A DNA stretch of 64,000 nucleotides from the IMG/VR virus record IMGVR_UViG_3300009184_000038, positions 10,546 through 74,545 of that record, one strand, 5' to 3'. Positions within the stretch are counted from its first letter, which is position 1, and each line of letters opens with the position of its first letter. A program made the position numbers and the translations under genes. Source of the DNA: a virus. Below the pieces are notes generated by a model. The model ran no database searches. It was given only the letters and a program-made list of their open reading frames with translations, and was not told the origin of the DNA. This document shows, in pieces, positions 15,999 through 24,463 of the stretch.

Positions 15999-18421
15999 GT
16001 GTTGTCTCCTTTAGTGGCCTTATTAATGCGGTAACCGAGCCAGACCATGCACGGCACGGCCATGCTGTTTCCGAGGGCGCGGTAGCGGGGGCCGTCGGCG
16101 GCTGGCTTCTTGCGGAAGATGATGTCTGTGTGTCCTGCGGGGAAGCCTTGCAGATACTCGCACTCGGATGGCGTGAGGCGGCGCACTTGCATGGAACTGC
16201 GGACGCTGGCGTCTGCGACGAACGTGTCCTGTGAGTCACGGCCACTTCCGAACACCCCGCCCTTGCCCTGCGCACCAGCGGAAATCGCATACGCTGGGTC
16301 TGGGAATCCAGACGGAGTCGGCAAGCACACATTGACCGCGTCGGCTCGCCCGCCGCCGCCTGGATTCGTTAGGGAAGGAACGACGCCGTCCTTCATGATC
16401 TCCGGCACCTTGACGCCGTCCCGCGAGCGATTGGCGAAAGCCACAGCAACCATGTGCTTCGGCGGCTCGTGCCGCTCGTCCCAGCCATTCAAGCAAGCAG
16501 AAACGGCGGCCTCTTCGTATCGCGGAGCCTCTTCCTTACTGTGCGGGTTCGTCGCCTTGACGTAGGCGACGGCAGGCTGCGCGATATACGTCTGCTGGTG
16601 GCTCCCAGGCTCTGCACTGCACACGCTGGCGACATCAAGAATGCGAACCTCTTCTCGCTGGTTTTGGGTGAATGCGACGGCGTGCGGCTGACTTGCGTCC
16701 ATCGTCGGAGAAAGCTCCTCCAGCGGATTGAAAGAGGGGTTCCGCAGTCGAACTCGTCCCTCCGCATCTGCACTAGGAGTTTTTGCGACCCCCTCTCTCC
16801 CGGCGTCACCTCGCAGCCCGTAGGCGACGGCCAACTGGCCGCCAGCGTTTGCGTTGCCGTCAACGTGCTGCATCGCCCGCATGGTCGGCGACAGCTCTGC
16901 GGTAGCATCGCCGCTGTAGTCCTTGGCCGTAAACGCGACGGCAGGCGTGTTGCACCGCTGGAGCGGGCCAGTGCCCTCTTCTGTGATGCCCAGGCTATCA
17001 TTGGCCTTGCCGTAGCCGCCGCCGTTCTGCCAGTTGAATCCCACGGCGTTTGCGGGCTGCGCGATCACGCATGACGGTCGGCTCGGCCTGTCTTCTCCCT
17101 CGGCCCGCAGCGTGCCCGCTATCTCGTCTTTCATCCAGAAACCTTGGCCGCTCTCCCGCATTGCGTGAGCCTGCGCGGTAGCACAGACAACCGTATCCTG
17201 ATCGCCCTTGTCCGCATCGGCCGAAAGCGGCGGCGCGATATCTGATGGCTTGCCGTCCTTGCCTCGCGTGAAATGCGATGGCTTAAAGCAAGTCGCCTCG
17301 TCAAAGACACCCCCTGTGGTAACGATCGGCGTTTGGCCTTCGTCCACCGTCGTGTTCATGCCCTTGTGCATTCGATGCGTCAGCGGGTTGGCGACAGACG
17401 GCAAAAATGCGACCGCTGTATGCGTCCTGTCCGTTAAGCCCCCCCCCCTGTGAGCACCATCAGAGAGAGTTCCAACAACATTAGGAACGCCGACAACTTC
17501 TCTCTCACCAAAAGCCGCAGAACCGCAGCCTTTGAAGTAGTGCGAGTCCAGCGTGCCTGCACACTGCCCGCTGATCCCCACCGCCGCCGGCCCCCTAGCG
17601 ACCATGCTGCCAGCCACGCCGTCCTGCGTGATCTGCGGCTTGTACTGAGCATTCACTCCTTGGTTGAACATGGCTCGGTCAAGGTAGCACGGCTCACCAC
17701 CGACTCGAGGGCGTCCTTCAGTGCCGGCGGCAGCTCCTTGCCCCGCTTTGCTGCGCGACGGAGGATTCCCTCGCACGCTTTCGCGGAGAGAAAGTATCTC
17801 GGATGGACAGGCGTCGTCTCCAAGACTTGCGACAAGTTCACAAGGCACGGCAACGAGAAAGACTCGCCTACGCCTCTGAGCCACCCCAAAGAATTGGGCG
17901 TCAAGGATTCGATAACCCACTCGTCGGGTTTCTCCACAAACATAGCCTGCTTTAGGCCACTTACCTGTTTCAGTTTGAGGGGCTTCATCGCACCCAGCGA
18001 GCGCTCCGATGAGGCATCCAAAGGCGTTGTCCTTTGTTGAGAGGAGTCCAGGGACATTTTCGTAAACAGCAATTGCTGGCGGTCTTCCATGACGCTTTCT
18101 CACTTCATCTATGTGGTTCAGTAGCCTAACGTAGGCTAGCGTGATATTGCCTCTATCATCATCCAGACTCTTGCGGAGACCGGCCACGCTGAACGCCTGA
18201 CACGGCGGGCCTCCGACGAGGAGGTCGCACTCCGCAAGAATTTCTTCGGGCCATTCGGCGAACTTCGTCATGTCGCCGAGGTTCGGCACCTGGGGCCAGC
18301 GAGCCGCGAGCACGGCAGACGGGAACGCCTCGATCTCGCTGAATGCCAGCGGCGTCCAGCCAAACCCGTGGAATGCGACAGTGGCGGCCTCAATGCCGGA
18401 ACAGATGCTGATGTAGTTCAT
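15995..18421 (-). CDS. C5-cytosine DNA methyltransferase with greatly expanded variable region
   Basis: SICSGIEA (I), GGPPCQAFS (IV), ENVPG (VI), QRRRRVF (VIII), RRLTPSECEYLQGF (IX), GNSMAVP (X). Confidence 0.95.
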   Translation of the reverse strand: MNYISICSGIEAATVAFHGFGWTPLAFSEIEAFPSAVLAARWPQVPNLGDMTKFAEWPEEILAECDLLVGGPPCQAFSVAGLRKSLDDDRGNITLAYVRLLNHIDEVRKRHGRPPAIAVYENVPGLLSTKDNAFGCLIGALAGCDEAPQTETGKWPKAGYVCGETRRVGYRILDAQFFGVAQRRRRVFLVAVPCELVASLGDDACPSEILSLRESVRGNPPSRSKAGQGAAAGTEGRPRVGGEPCYLDRAMFNQGVNAQYKPQITQDGVAGSMVARGPAAVGISGQCAGTLDSHYFKGCGSAAFGEREVVGVPNVVGTLSDGAHRGGGLTDRTHTAVAFLPSVANPLTHRMHKGMNTTVDEGQTPIVTTGGVFDEATCFKPSHFTRGKDGKPSDIAPPLSADADKGDQDTVVCATAQAHAMRESGQGFWMKDEIAGTLRAEGEDRPSRPSCVIAQPANAVGFNWQNGGGYGKANDSLGITEEGTGPLQRCNTPAVAFTAKDYSGDATAELSPTMRAMQHVDGNANAGGQLAVAYGLRGDAGREGVAKTPSADAEGRVRLRNPSFNPLEELSPTMDASQPHAVAFTQNQREEVRILDVASVCSAEPGSHQQTYIAQPAVAYVKATNPHSKEEAPRYEEAAVSACLNGWDERHEPPKHMVAVAFANRSRDGVKVPEIMKDGVVPSLTNPGGGGRADAVNVCLPTPSGFPDPAYAISAGAQGKGGVFGSGRDSQDTFVADASVRSSMQVRRLTPSECEYLQGFPAGHTDIIFRKKPAADGPRYRALGNSMAVPCMVWLGYRINKATKGDNT
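17439..17448 (-). repeat. G10 homopolymer inside the MTase variable region
   Basis: C10 on the plus strand; longest homopolymer I noticed in the window. Confidence 0.9.
17653..18090 (-). CDS. Nested alternative-frame ORF, putative MTase beta-like polypeptide
   Basis: LSQVLE...PRYFLSAKACEGILRRAAKRGKELP motif; same strand, different frame inside the MTase gene. Confidence 0.65.
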   Translation of the reverse strand: MEDRQQLLFTKMSLDSSQQRTTPLDASSERSLGAMKPLKLKQVSGLKQAMFVEKPDEWVIESLTPNSLGWLRGVGESFSLPCLVNLSQVLETTPVHPRYFLSAKACEGILRRAAKRGKELPPALKDALESVVSRATLTEPCSTKE

Positions 18422-18561
18422 TTCTTCTTTGCCTTTTCCTTGGCGTTTTTGGCGATATCAAGAGCGATGGCGACTGCCTGCTTGTGCGGACGACCAGCCT
18501 TCATCTCAGTCTTGATGTTCGCGCTGATTGTCTTCGGGCTATACCCCTTTTTGATTGGCAT
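18418..18561 (-). CDS. Small basic phage protein (47 aa, not in the ORF track)
   Basis: MPIKKGYSPKTISANIKTEMKAGRPHKQAVAIAL, a recurrent phage family motif; ATGA-coupled to the MTase. Confidence 0.75.
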   Translation of the reverse strand: MPIKKGYSPKTISANIKTEMKAGRPHKQAVAIALDIAKNAKEKAKKK

Positions 18562-18661
18562 TCTTGCCCTCCACGATGATTCGGAACTCGGAGCACCCGC
18601 ACTTCGGACATGGCCCGTTGGTTTTCTTTGGCTCGTTGCAGCGATTGCAGAAGCGGTTCAT
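18539..18661 (-). CDS. 40-aa zinc-ribbon micro-protein
   Basis: CNRC and CPKC; ATGA overlap with the HNH stop. Confidence 0.5.
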   Translation of the reverse strand: MNRFCNRCNEPKKTNGPCPKCGCSEFRIIVEGKNANQKGV

Positions 18662-19290
18662 GGGAGTAGCCATTCTTCAAAGCCCCGCCACCCGATCTGA
18701 GCAGCCCACTGAACGCTTACGCCGCTAGGGAACTTCAGCCGTCCGTGCTTGTGAATCTTGCTGTGACAGTCGGAGCACACTGTCAGGAGATCGGAAAGCT
18801 CTTCTCTGAATATGCTTTCGTATGCAACGTGATGGCACTGAATCTCTTCAGAGTCTCCGCACAGCACACACATCATTGAATCGTGCTCAAACCTTGCCGA
18901 ACGAACAATCTGCCAATGCGGTGTCATGTAGTAAGCCGAACGCATCTCTGGAGTTACTCTTGCAAGCGATGGCTTCTGCCTCGTGTCGGGCATGAAGTAA
19001 GGAGAGGCGTGGCTTCCGTCGCCCTTAATCAAAAAACCATGTGCATTTCGCAACTGCTCAACAACAGGCGCTAGCCTGCTGCCATCGCTCAGTTCGCTTT
19101 CGTAGACGCTTTTTTTCAAAAGGTCGCCTGACCTTAGTCGAGCAAGAACGTCGCATTGAGCTTCGTCTCGCTGATGAAAGTCACGAGCTGTGTTTTTCAG
19201 CTCTTCCGCTGCCTCAAACGGAATGCAGGCAGACAAACACGAATCGATGCTGTTTTCGTATCCCATAATGCCCCCTGCCTCTGTGGTCAT
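18658..19290 (-). CDS. HNH endonuclease with N-terminal extension
   Basis: YY.TPHW..VR, CVLC, CHHVAY, L.TVCSDCH..IH. Confidence 0.85.
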   Translation of the reverse strand: MTTEAGGIMGYENSIDSCLSACIPFEAAEELKNTARDFHQRDEAQCDVLARLRSGDLLKKSVYESELSDGSRLAPVVEQLRNAHGFLIKGDGSHASPYFMPDTRQKPSLARVTPEMRSAYYMTPHWQIVRSARFEHDSMMCVLCGDSEEIQCHHVAYESIFREELSDLLTVCSDCHSKIHKHGRLKFPSGVSVQWAAQIGWRGFEEWLLP

Positions 19291-19502
19291 TGCCCTTTCC
19301 TCTCCTCAAGCCAGTCAGCCGCCTTCTCAAGCCACGCGGCGACTCTCCGCAGGGCTTCTGGGTTTTCGCTGTAGTCGGGATCGCCTTCGCACGGCGGGAG
19401 CGTGTCGAACATGACATCGACATACGGCGTCGAATGCTCCTCGTCGCGACAGGTCAGCGAAAACCGCTCGTCGTCGATGTCGATTGGGGACGGTGGTTTC
19501 AT
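19287..19502 (-). CDS. Hypothetical protein
   Basis: ATGA coupling. Confidence 0.55.
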   Translation of the reverse strand: MKPPSPIDIDDERFSLTCRDEEHSTPYVDVMFDTLPPCEGDPDYSENPEALRRVAAWLEKAADWLEERKGQ

Positions 19503-19614
19503 TCGTCATCCCCCGTCATGTAGGGAAGCAGGCTGAAGTAAAAAACCGCCCCGACGGCCACGAGCAGAGTCGTGACGTTAAGCCAGAGGCTCATGTGTGA
19601 TTCGATTGGGGTCA

Positions 19615-19857
19615 TCACTCACCTCGCAGATAGCCGAGCCATGTGCGGGCCGGCTTCCGCAGCTCTTCGACCTCGTCGAGAAGGCTGTTGAGTGCCTTCT
19701 CGGCGTTCTCGAGGCGAACGGTCAGGGCCGCGACTGACTTCGTCAACGCGACGGCCATGCGGTCGGTCGATTCGCCTTCTTCGCGAAGGTCGTGAACCGC
19801 CTGGGCGATACCGGCGATCGTCTTTTCAACGCTGCACTCGGGCTTTTTCTTTGCCAC
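19615..19857 (-). CDS. Coiled-coil hypothetical protein
   Basis: GGAGGA RBS before GTG; heptads. Confidence 0.55.
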   Translation of the reverse strand: MAKKKPECSVEKTIAGIAQAVHDLREEGESTDRMAVALTKSVAALTVRLENAEKALNSLLDEVEELRKPARTWLGYLRGE

Positions 19858-19907
19858 CAGAAATCCTCCGTGAATGAAACAACGAACGAGAACAGAAAGC
19901 CGGTCGA

Positions 19908-20096
19908 TCACGACGCGGCCTCCTCCGTTTTCGGAGGGGCGCGGTAGATCAGTTCCTCGCGGATGATCTTGACGTGCTTGGGTGCGTCGATGACGAGCCT
20001 GACCGTCTTGCCTACGACAGACTCGACCGTGATCTCGATGCGAGGCCGATCCAGAATGAGCTTCTGGCCGGGGCGACGAGTTAAGCAAAGTGCCAT
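19908..20096 (-). CDS. csrA: Carbon storage regulator CsrA/RsmA homolog
   Basis: LCLTRRPGQKLIL...IEITV...VRLVIDAPKHVKIIREEL matches the CsrA consensus. Confidence 0.9.
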   Translation of the reverse strand: MALCLTRRPGQKLILDRPRIEITVESVVGKTVRLVIDAPKHVKIIREELIYRAPPKTEEAAS

Positions 20097-20129
20097 GTGG
20101 GAATCCTTTCCGCTGTGGTGATCAGTAGC

Positions 20130-20606
20130 CTAACGAGTGGTGCCAGTAGCGTCCAGATGTTTTTTGCACATCTCGCGAACCGTCGGTCGCGGGTGGTTGT
20201 CGATTGCCCATTTTAGGTAGTCCAGGCCACGCGGCTGCTTCTCCACCTCTGGTAGCGTGAGGCCGGCGAACCGACCGTCACGCAGGACGAACTCCTGATC
20301 CCTCGGCTTCAAGTGCCCCTTGATCGCTCGCACCCACTGGCCGGTGCCACAGAAGACGCACGACACATACCACTCGCCGCCGTCCTCGTAGAGGATGTCG
20401 TGGAGTTGGGTGCCGCAGGCGGCGTCTGCGCAGTCGTAGGTGTGATCGATCATGCCGATTGGCAGGATCGCTCGTGGAGCAATTCCCCCTATATAAATAG
20501 GGTCTTTTTTGGGTTTCTCGGGTTCAATTGGATGGGCCGCGGCCGGTTGCGCGCGGGAGCGTTTTCGGGTCGGCTCATCTGGCGAAATGTCGAATAGCAG
20601 GGTCAT
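20130..20606 (-). CDS. Zn-ribbon plus ExoX C-terminal/DUF3820-like protein
   Basis: CADAAC/CVFC; GRFAGLTLPEV...DYLKW. Confidence 0.6.
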   Translation of the reverse strand: MTLLFDISPDEPTRKRSRAQPAAAHPIEPEKPKKDPIYIGGIAPRAILPIGMIDHTYDCADAACGTQLHDILYEDGGEWYVSCVFCGTGQWVRAIKGHLKPRDQEFVLRDGRFAGLTLPEVEKQPRGLDYLKWAIDNHPRPTVREMCKKHLDATGTTR

Positions 20607-22294
20607 ATGGGCATCTCCATGCGGAACTTCTCTCGGGGGTCGTGGGCCACAATCAACTTCTTTCGCGCTCGAGTAACGGCGACGTACTCGATTCGCCGCT
20701 CCTCGTCGTGACGGTCTTCGCTGCGTTCCTCGCCTTCGCGGATGCGGCGGCCGACGCTGGTCAGGATGATCACGTTGTCGGCCTCCATCCCCTTGGCCGA
20801 ATGCACCGTCCCGATGCGAATCTTCGGGTTGGCGACGGCTTCGATGCCCCACTGCTTCGCGGCTCGGCACCATGTCGCCCCGCCGTCGATCAGATCGCCC
20901 CAGGTGCCGGCGGCGATCTTCTCGCGGAGGTGGTCGGTGGCCCCGACATCGCCAAGCTCCTCGGGAAAGAGGGCGTCGTAGCGATCTTTCACGCCCCGGT
21001 TCCACTGTGTTTTCGCCCCTCGAATCAGCCACGTCTTCTCGTCGCGGCCGTCGCCTTTCTTGCTGATTGTCGCACTCGGTAGCAATTCAATGGCCTGTGT
21101 CCACTCCTCGGCACTGGCGGGCTGGCCGTTCTGGAGCTTCCACAGGCCCGTCATGCCAGCATCGCGGTTGTAGGCTCCCTGCTTGGCCTTGATCTTCCGA
21201 AACGGAACACCGACATCGTCAAGGATCGTGGCGATCTTGCCGACGTGCCGATTTGTCCTGGCGATGACCAGCGTCTCATCCTTCGGCGACAGATCGCTCA
21301 GATCGTCCTCGAAGTTATCGCTTTCGATGATCTCGCCGTCGTGGTCGGCGGCCTCGACGCCGCGGTTCCAGTACCCCTTGGTGAGCCTCTGGAGGCAGTC
21401 CTCGCCAAGCTGGAGGATCGGCTTCGCACAGCGGTAGCTCTTGGGCATGATCTCCTGCCGATCGACCTTCCAGCCCATGAAGAACTCGCTCGACGCCCCG
21501 GCCCATGAGTAAAGAACCTGAAACGGGTCGCCGACGAGCCACGCCCATCGGCAGGAGTCGCCGGTCACGAGCCGCCGGCAGGCCATGTCGAGGAGGCGGC
21601 TGGCGTCCTGCGCCTCGTCGAAAATCCAGCCGACGACTTCGTTCGGCACCGCGCCCTCGGGCGTGACCATCTCGGGGCCGGTGGCCGGGTTGTTGGCGAC
21701 CCCGACGAACCGGGCGAGCATATCGGTGAAGTCGAGTCGGCCGTCCAGACGCTTGGCCGACTCGTACATCTCGATGCGACGGATCACCTCCTCGGCCGTC
21801 GGGCCGTCGGGCTCCCACTCGTAGGCGGCCTCGGCGATCTCGCGCAGGGGGGCGACCATGCTCCTCGCCAGCGACCAGTAGTTGAGGGCCGCCGCGGCGA
21901 TGGGGTCGCCCGTGTAGATGCCGATGCCCCCCTCGGAGTCCTCGTCCACGCAGTAGGACACGTCGCTGCCGAGGGCTTCGCTGATCCACTTGTCGTCGGC
22001 CTTGCTGCCGCCAATGACCTCGCCCTTCTGGATGCCGAGCTGCCGGTAGGCCACGCTGTGGGCGGTGCGGAACCAGCCGTGCCGCTCGAGTTCCGACTGC
22101 TGCATTCCCCAGGCCGCAGCAGCACGCCCAGCAGCCTCGCTGCGGGCCGCCCGCGTAAAGGACGAGAAACCGATGGCGAACGGATTACCGCCCACCTCCG
22201 GCCTCGCCAGAGCCTTCTCGGCGGTGTTGATCATCAGCCTTGTCTTGCCCGTTCCGGCTGATCCGACCGCCCGAAGAACCTTCAAATCGTCCAT
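20603..22294 (-). CDS. UvrD/Rep-like SF1 helicase
   Basis: GSAGTGKT, SFTRAA, DEAQD, GDPFQ, SYRC, TVHSAKGMEAD, YVAVTRAR. Confidence 0.93.
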   Translation of the reverse strand: MDDLKVLRAVGSAGTGKTRLMINTAEKALARPEVGGNPFAIGFSSFTRAARSEAAGRAAAAWGMQQSELERHGWFRTAHSVAYRQLGIQKGEVIGGSKADDKWISEALGSDVSYCVDEDSEGGIGIYTGDPIAAAALNYWSLARSMVAPLREIAEAAYEWEPDGPTAEEVIRRIEMYESAKRLDGRLDFTDMLARFVGVANNPATGPEMVTPEGAVPNEVVGWIFDEAQDASRLLDMACRRLVTGDSCRWAWLVGDPFQVLYSWAGASSEFFMGWKVDRQEIMPKSYRCAKPILQLGEDCLQRLTKGYWNRGVEAADHDGEIIESDNFEDDLSDLSPKDETLVIARTNRHVGKIATILDDVGVPFRKIKAKQGAYNRDAGMTGLWKLQNGQPASAEEWTQAIELLPSATISKKGDGRDEKTWLIRGAKTQWNRGVKDRYDALFPEELGDVGATDHLREKIAAGTWGDLIDGGATWCRAAKQWGIEAVANPKIRIGTVHSAKGMEADNVIILTSVGRRIREGEERSEDRHDEERRIEYVAVTRARKKLIVAHDPREKFRMEMPI

Positions 22295-22439
22295 TTGATC
22301 CTCCTGATCCCCCACTAGCGGGGCGTAAGATGGGTAAACCTAGATTTTCCGTCCACAAAAACCGCTTTACGTCTGAACTTTTTGGTGCCTGGACGTGGAT
22401 TCCCCGGATTTTACGAAATTTCGCGGACACCCTAAGTCC

Positions 22440-24248
22440 TTATCCAGCAATGACTTCCGACTCAATCCGCAGAATCCGCGTCTCGGCGCGATGTTTTTCA
22501 CCATTTTCGATGGCCGCCTCCCCCGTATTAAGCGGCAAGTTCTCAGCCCCCCCTTCGGCCAGTGATTCGATGGCCGCGATCCACTCTGGCGTGAACACGA
22601 CGTAGCTCCTTTTCGTGGTGCCGAACGTGTGCCGGCCCTCCCTGAAGTCGCGGGCCTTCATGCGGTCGCAGAGCAGACGCTTAATCCGAATCCGCTCCCC
22701 GGCTGCCACGTCGTGGGCTCGTCCGATCTCCTCCCACGTCTTCACCCAGCCCAGCCACATCTCGCCGGGGGTCACCCATCTGGGCCTGCCCGACCGCTCG
22801 GGCTCGGGCTTGTCCTCGCTGGCCGGCTTCGCGCGTGCCAGCGTCTCGAGCAGATAGGCAGCCAGCGTGGCATACCGCAGGCTGGACGTGCCGACGTGTA
22901 CGTCGTCGGTCTTCTGCTTCTCGATGAACAGCTTCTCGAAGAGGCCGGTCAGCTTCGGCCGCTTGCTGTTGCCGTCCTGGCCTCGCCAGATGGTCTGCCA
23001 CTCGCCGATGTCGCCGTGCAGGATCACTCGGCGGGTTGACTCGAATATCTTCTTCGCCACCATCTTCGCCGACTCAAACTCAGCGAACGAGAATGCGATC
23101 TCGCCCTTGCATGGCGTGTTCTTCCACTGCGGGACGCACAGGATAATCTCGGCAGGGTCGGAGCAGATGACGCGAATCTTCCAGTCGCCTGGAGTCCACT
23201 CGCCGTCCTTCCAGCCCTCGACCGCAGCCCACTTGAGCCCGTGCATGGCGTAGCCGCTGACGGGAGCCTGCTGCCGCTTGCCCTCTTCCTCCTCCTGGGC
23301 GATCTTGTCGGCGACGGCCGCCAAGCTCTCCTCGGTTTCGGGCATGGAGTCGCCGCGAGCCTCCATCTTTCGGCGGTACTCGACGCACGAGTAGAAGAGC
23401 GTGCGAATCTGGGCCGGCGTCTTCGGCGGCTTGCATCGCCGCTCGTTGACCAGCTCAATCTCCATGAGCATATCGGCCTGGGCAGCGCCGCTGAGATACC
23501 TCGCGTGACTGAACACCTTGCTGGTGACGTAGCTCAAGAGGTGCGGGTGCCTGCCGCCCTCCTTAATGTCGCCGTGGAGCACGGCCCGCGATGACACGCC
23601 GGCCGACTCCCGCGTGCTCATATCAACGTCGTTGACGATCGCCCGCAGGAGCACGTCGGGCAGCGGGGCGAAGTCAACGTCGTCCATCGACAGACCCGGT
23701 TTCCAGCGATACTGCACGCCGCTCCAGTGCCAGCTCGGCGGCAGCACGCTCTGCGCGTCCAAGTCGCCCGTGCCCAACCGCACCTCCAGGCCACCGGGCT
23801 TCACGACCGCGGGGCAGCCGGAGAGGCGATCGTCCCACTTGAACAGCCGGTGCTCGGAGCGGCCTGAGACGTATGTCGGCGTCTCGATCTCCGTCAGACC
23901 CATCGTCTCGGCGTGTGCCTTTGCTTTCTCGTCATCCCACTCCATGTCGATGACGCCGCTGCGGGGGCCGAGCAGGATGCCGATGTTGAAAGGCTTCCCC
24001 GTATCCTTCGCCTCCTCGACCCAGTCGAGCAGCGTGTCTTCGTCGGCAGCGGCTCGGTCGCCCCACGCCTTGCCTCGCGGGTGCTTGCCGCACTGCATCT
24101 GGGCCGCGCCGCCGATCTTGTGATCGGGGTTGCCGCAGGCGCACGACCCGTCGGGCATGATGCCGTAGTCGCGGACGATCTTGCATCCCTTCGACTGCGC
24201 AAGCGCGCCCTCCTTGAACACGGCATCACCATCGAACTCGAAAGCCAC
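22440..24248 (-). CDS. Bifunctional primase-polymerase (Prim-Pol + PriCT)
   Basis: CACG..GKHP, NIGILLG..SGVIDMEWD, SGRSEH, VLPPS.H.SG..Y.W, EGGRH; AAGGAGG RBS before GTG. Confidence 0.88.
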   Translation of the reverse strand: MAFEFDGDAVFKEGALAQSKGCKIVRDYGIMPDGSCACGNPDHKIGGAAQMQCGKHPRGKAWGDRAAADEDTLLDWVEEAKDTGKPFNIGILLGPRSGVIDMEWDDEKAKAHAETMGLTEIETPTYVSGRSEHRLFKWDDRLSGCPAVVKPGGLEVRLGTGDLDAQSVLPPSWHWSGVQYRWKPGLSMDDVDFAPLPDVLLRAIVNDVDMSTRESAGVSSRAVLHGDIKEGGRHPHLLSYVTSKVFSHARYLSGAAQADMLMEIELVNERRCKPPKTPAQIRTLFYSCVEYRRKMEARGDSMPETEESLAAVADKIAQEEEEGKRQQAPVSGYAMHGLKWAAVEGWKDGEWTPGDWKIRVICSDPAEIILCVPQWKNTPCKGEIAFSFAEFESAKMVAKKIFESTRRVILHGDIGEWQTIWRGQDGNSKRPKLTGLFEKLFIEKQKTDDVHVGTSSLRYATLAAYLLETLARAKPASEDKPEPERSGRPRWVTPGEMWLGWVKTWEEIGRAHDVAAGERIRIKRLLCDRMKARDFREGRHTFGTTKRSYVVFTPEWIAAIESLAEGGAENLPLNTGEAAIENGEKHRAETRILRIESEVIAG

Positions 24249-24463
24249 GGGAACCTCCTTGTGTTGTGTGCAAAGAATCCCCCGCGGAGCCGCCACTGCT
24301 GACGGCCCCGCGGGGTTTAATGTCGCCATCACAGGCCCGTGAGAGATGCACGGGTGATCTGCGACGACTTCGCTGGGTTACAAAGCCACGCCAACGCATA
24401 GGCTGCCGGCCCGCTGGGACGATGTTGACCGGCGGGTTTCGTCGCCGGCCCGACAGCGAAGAA

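Noticed and set aside
16489-17652. Further nested ORFs in the MTase (16489-17001, 17434-17652)
   Set aside because: Arg/Ser-rich off-frame composition with no recognisable motif, unlike 17653-18090
15995-19290. HNH plus MTase as a type II restriction-modification pair
   Set aside because: They are separated by two small genes; the HNH resembles free-standing phage HNH proteins and the MTase looks like an orphan multispecific type
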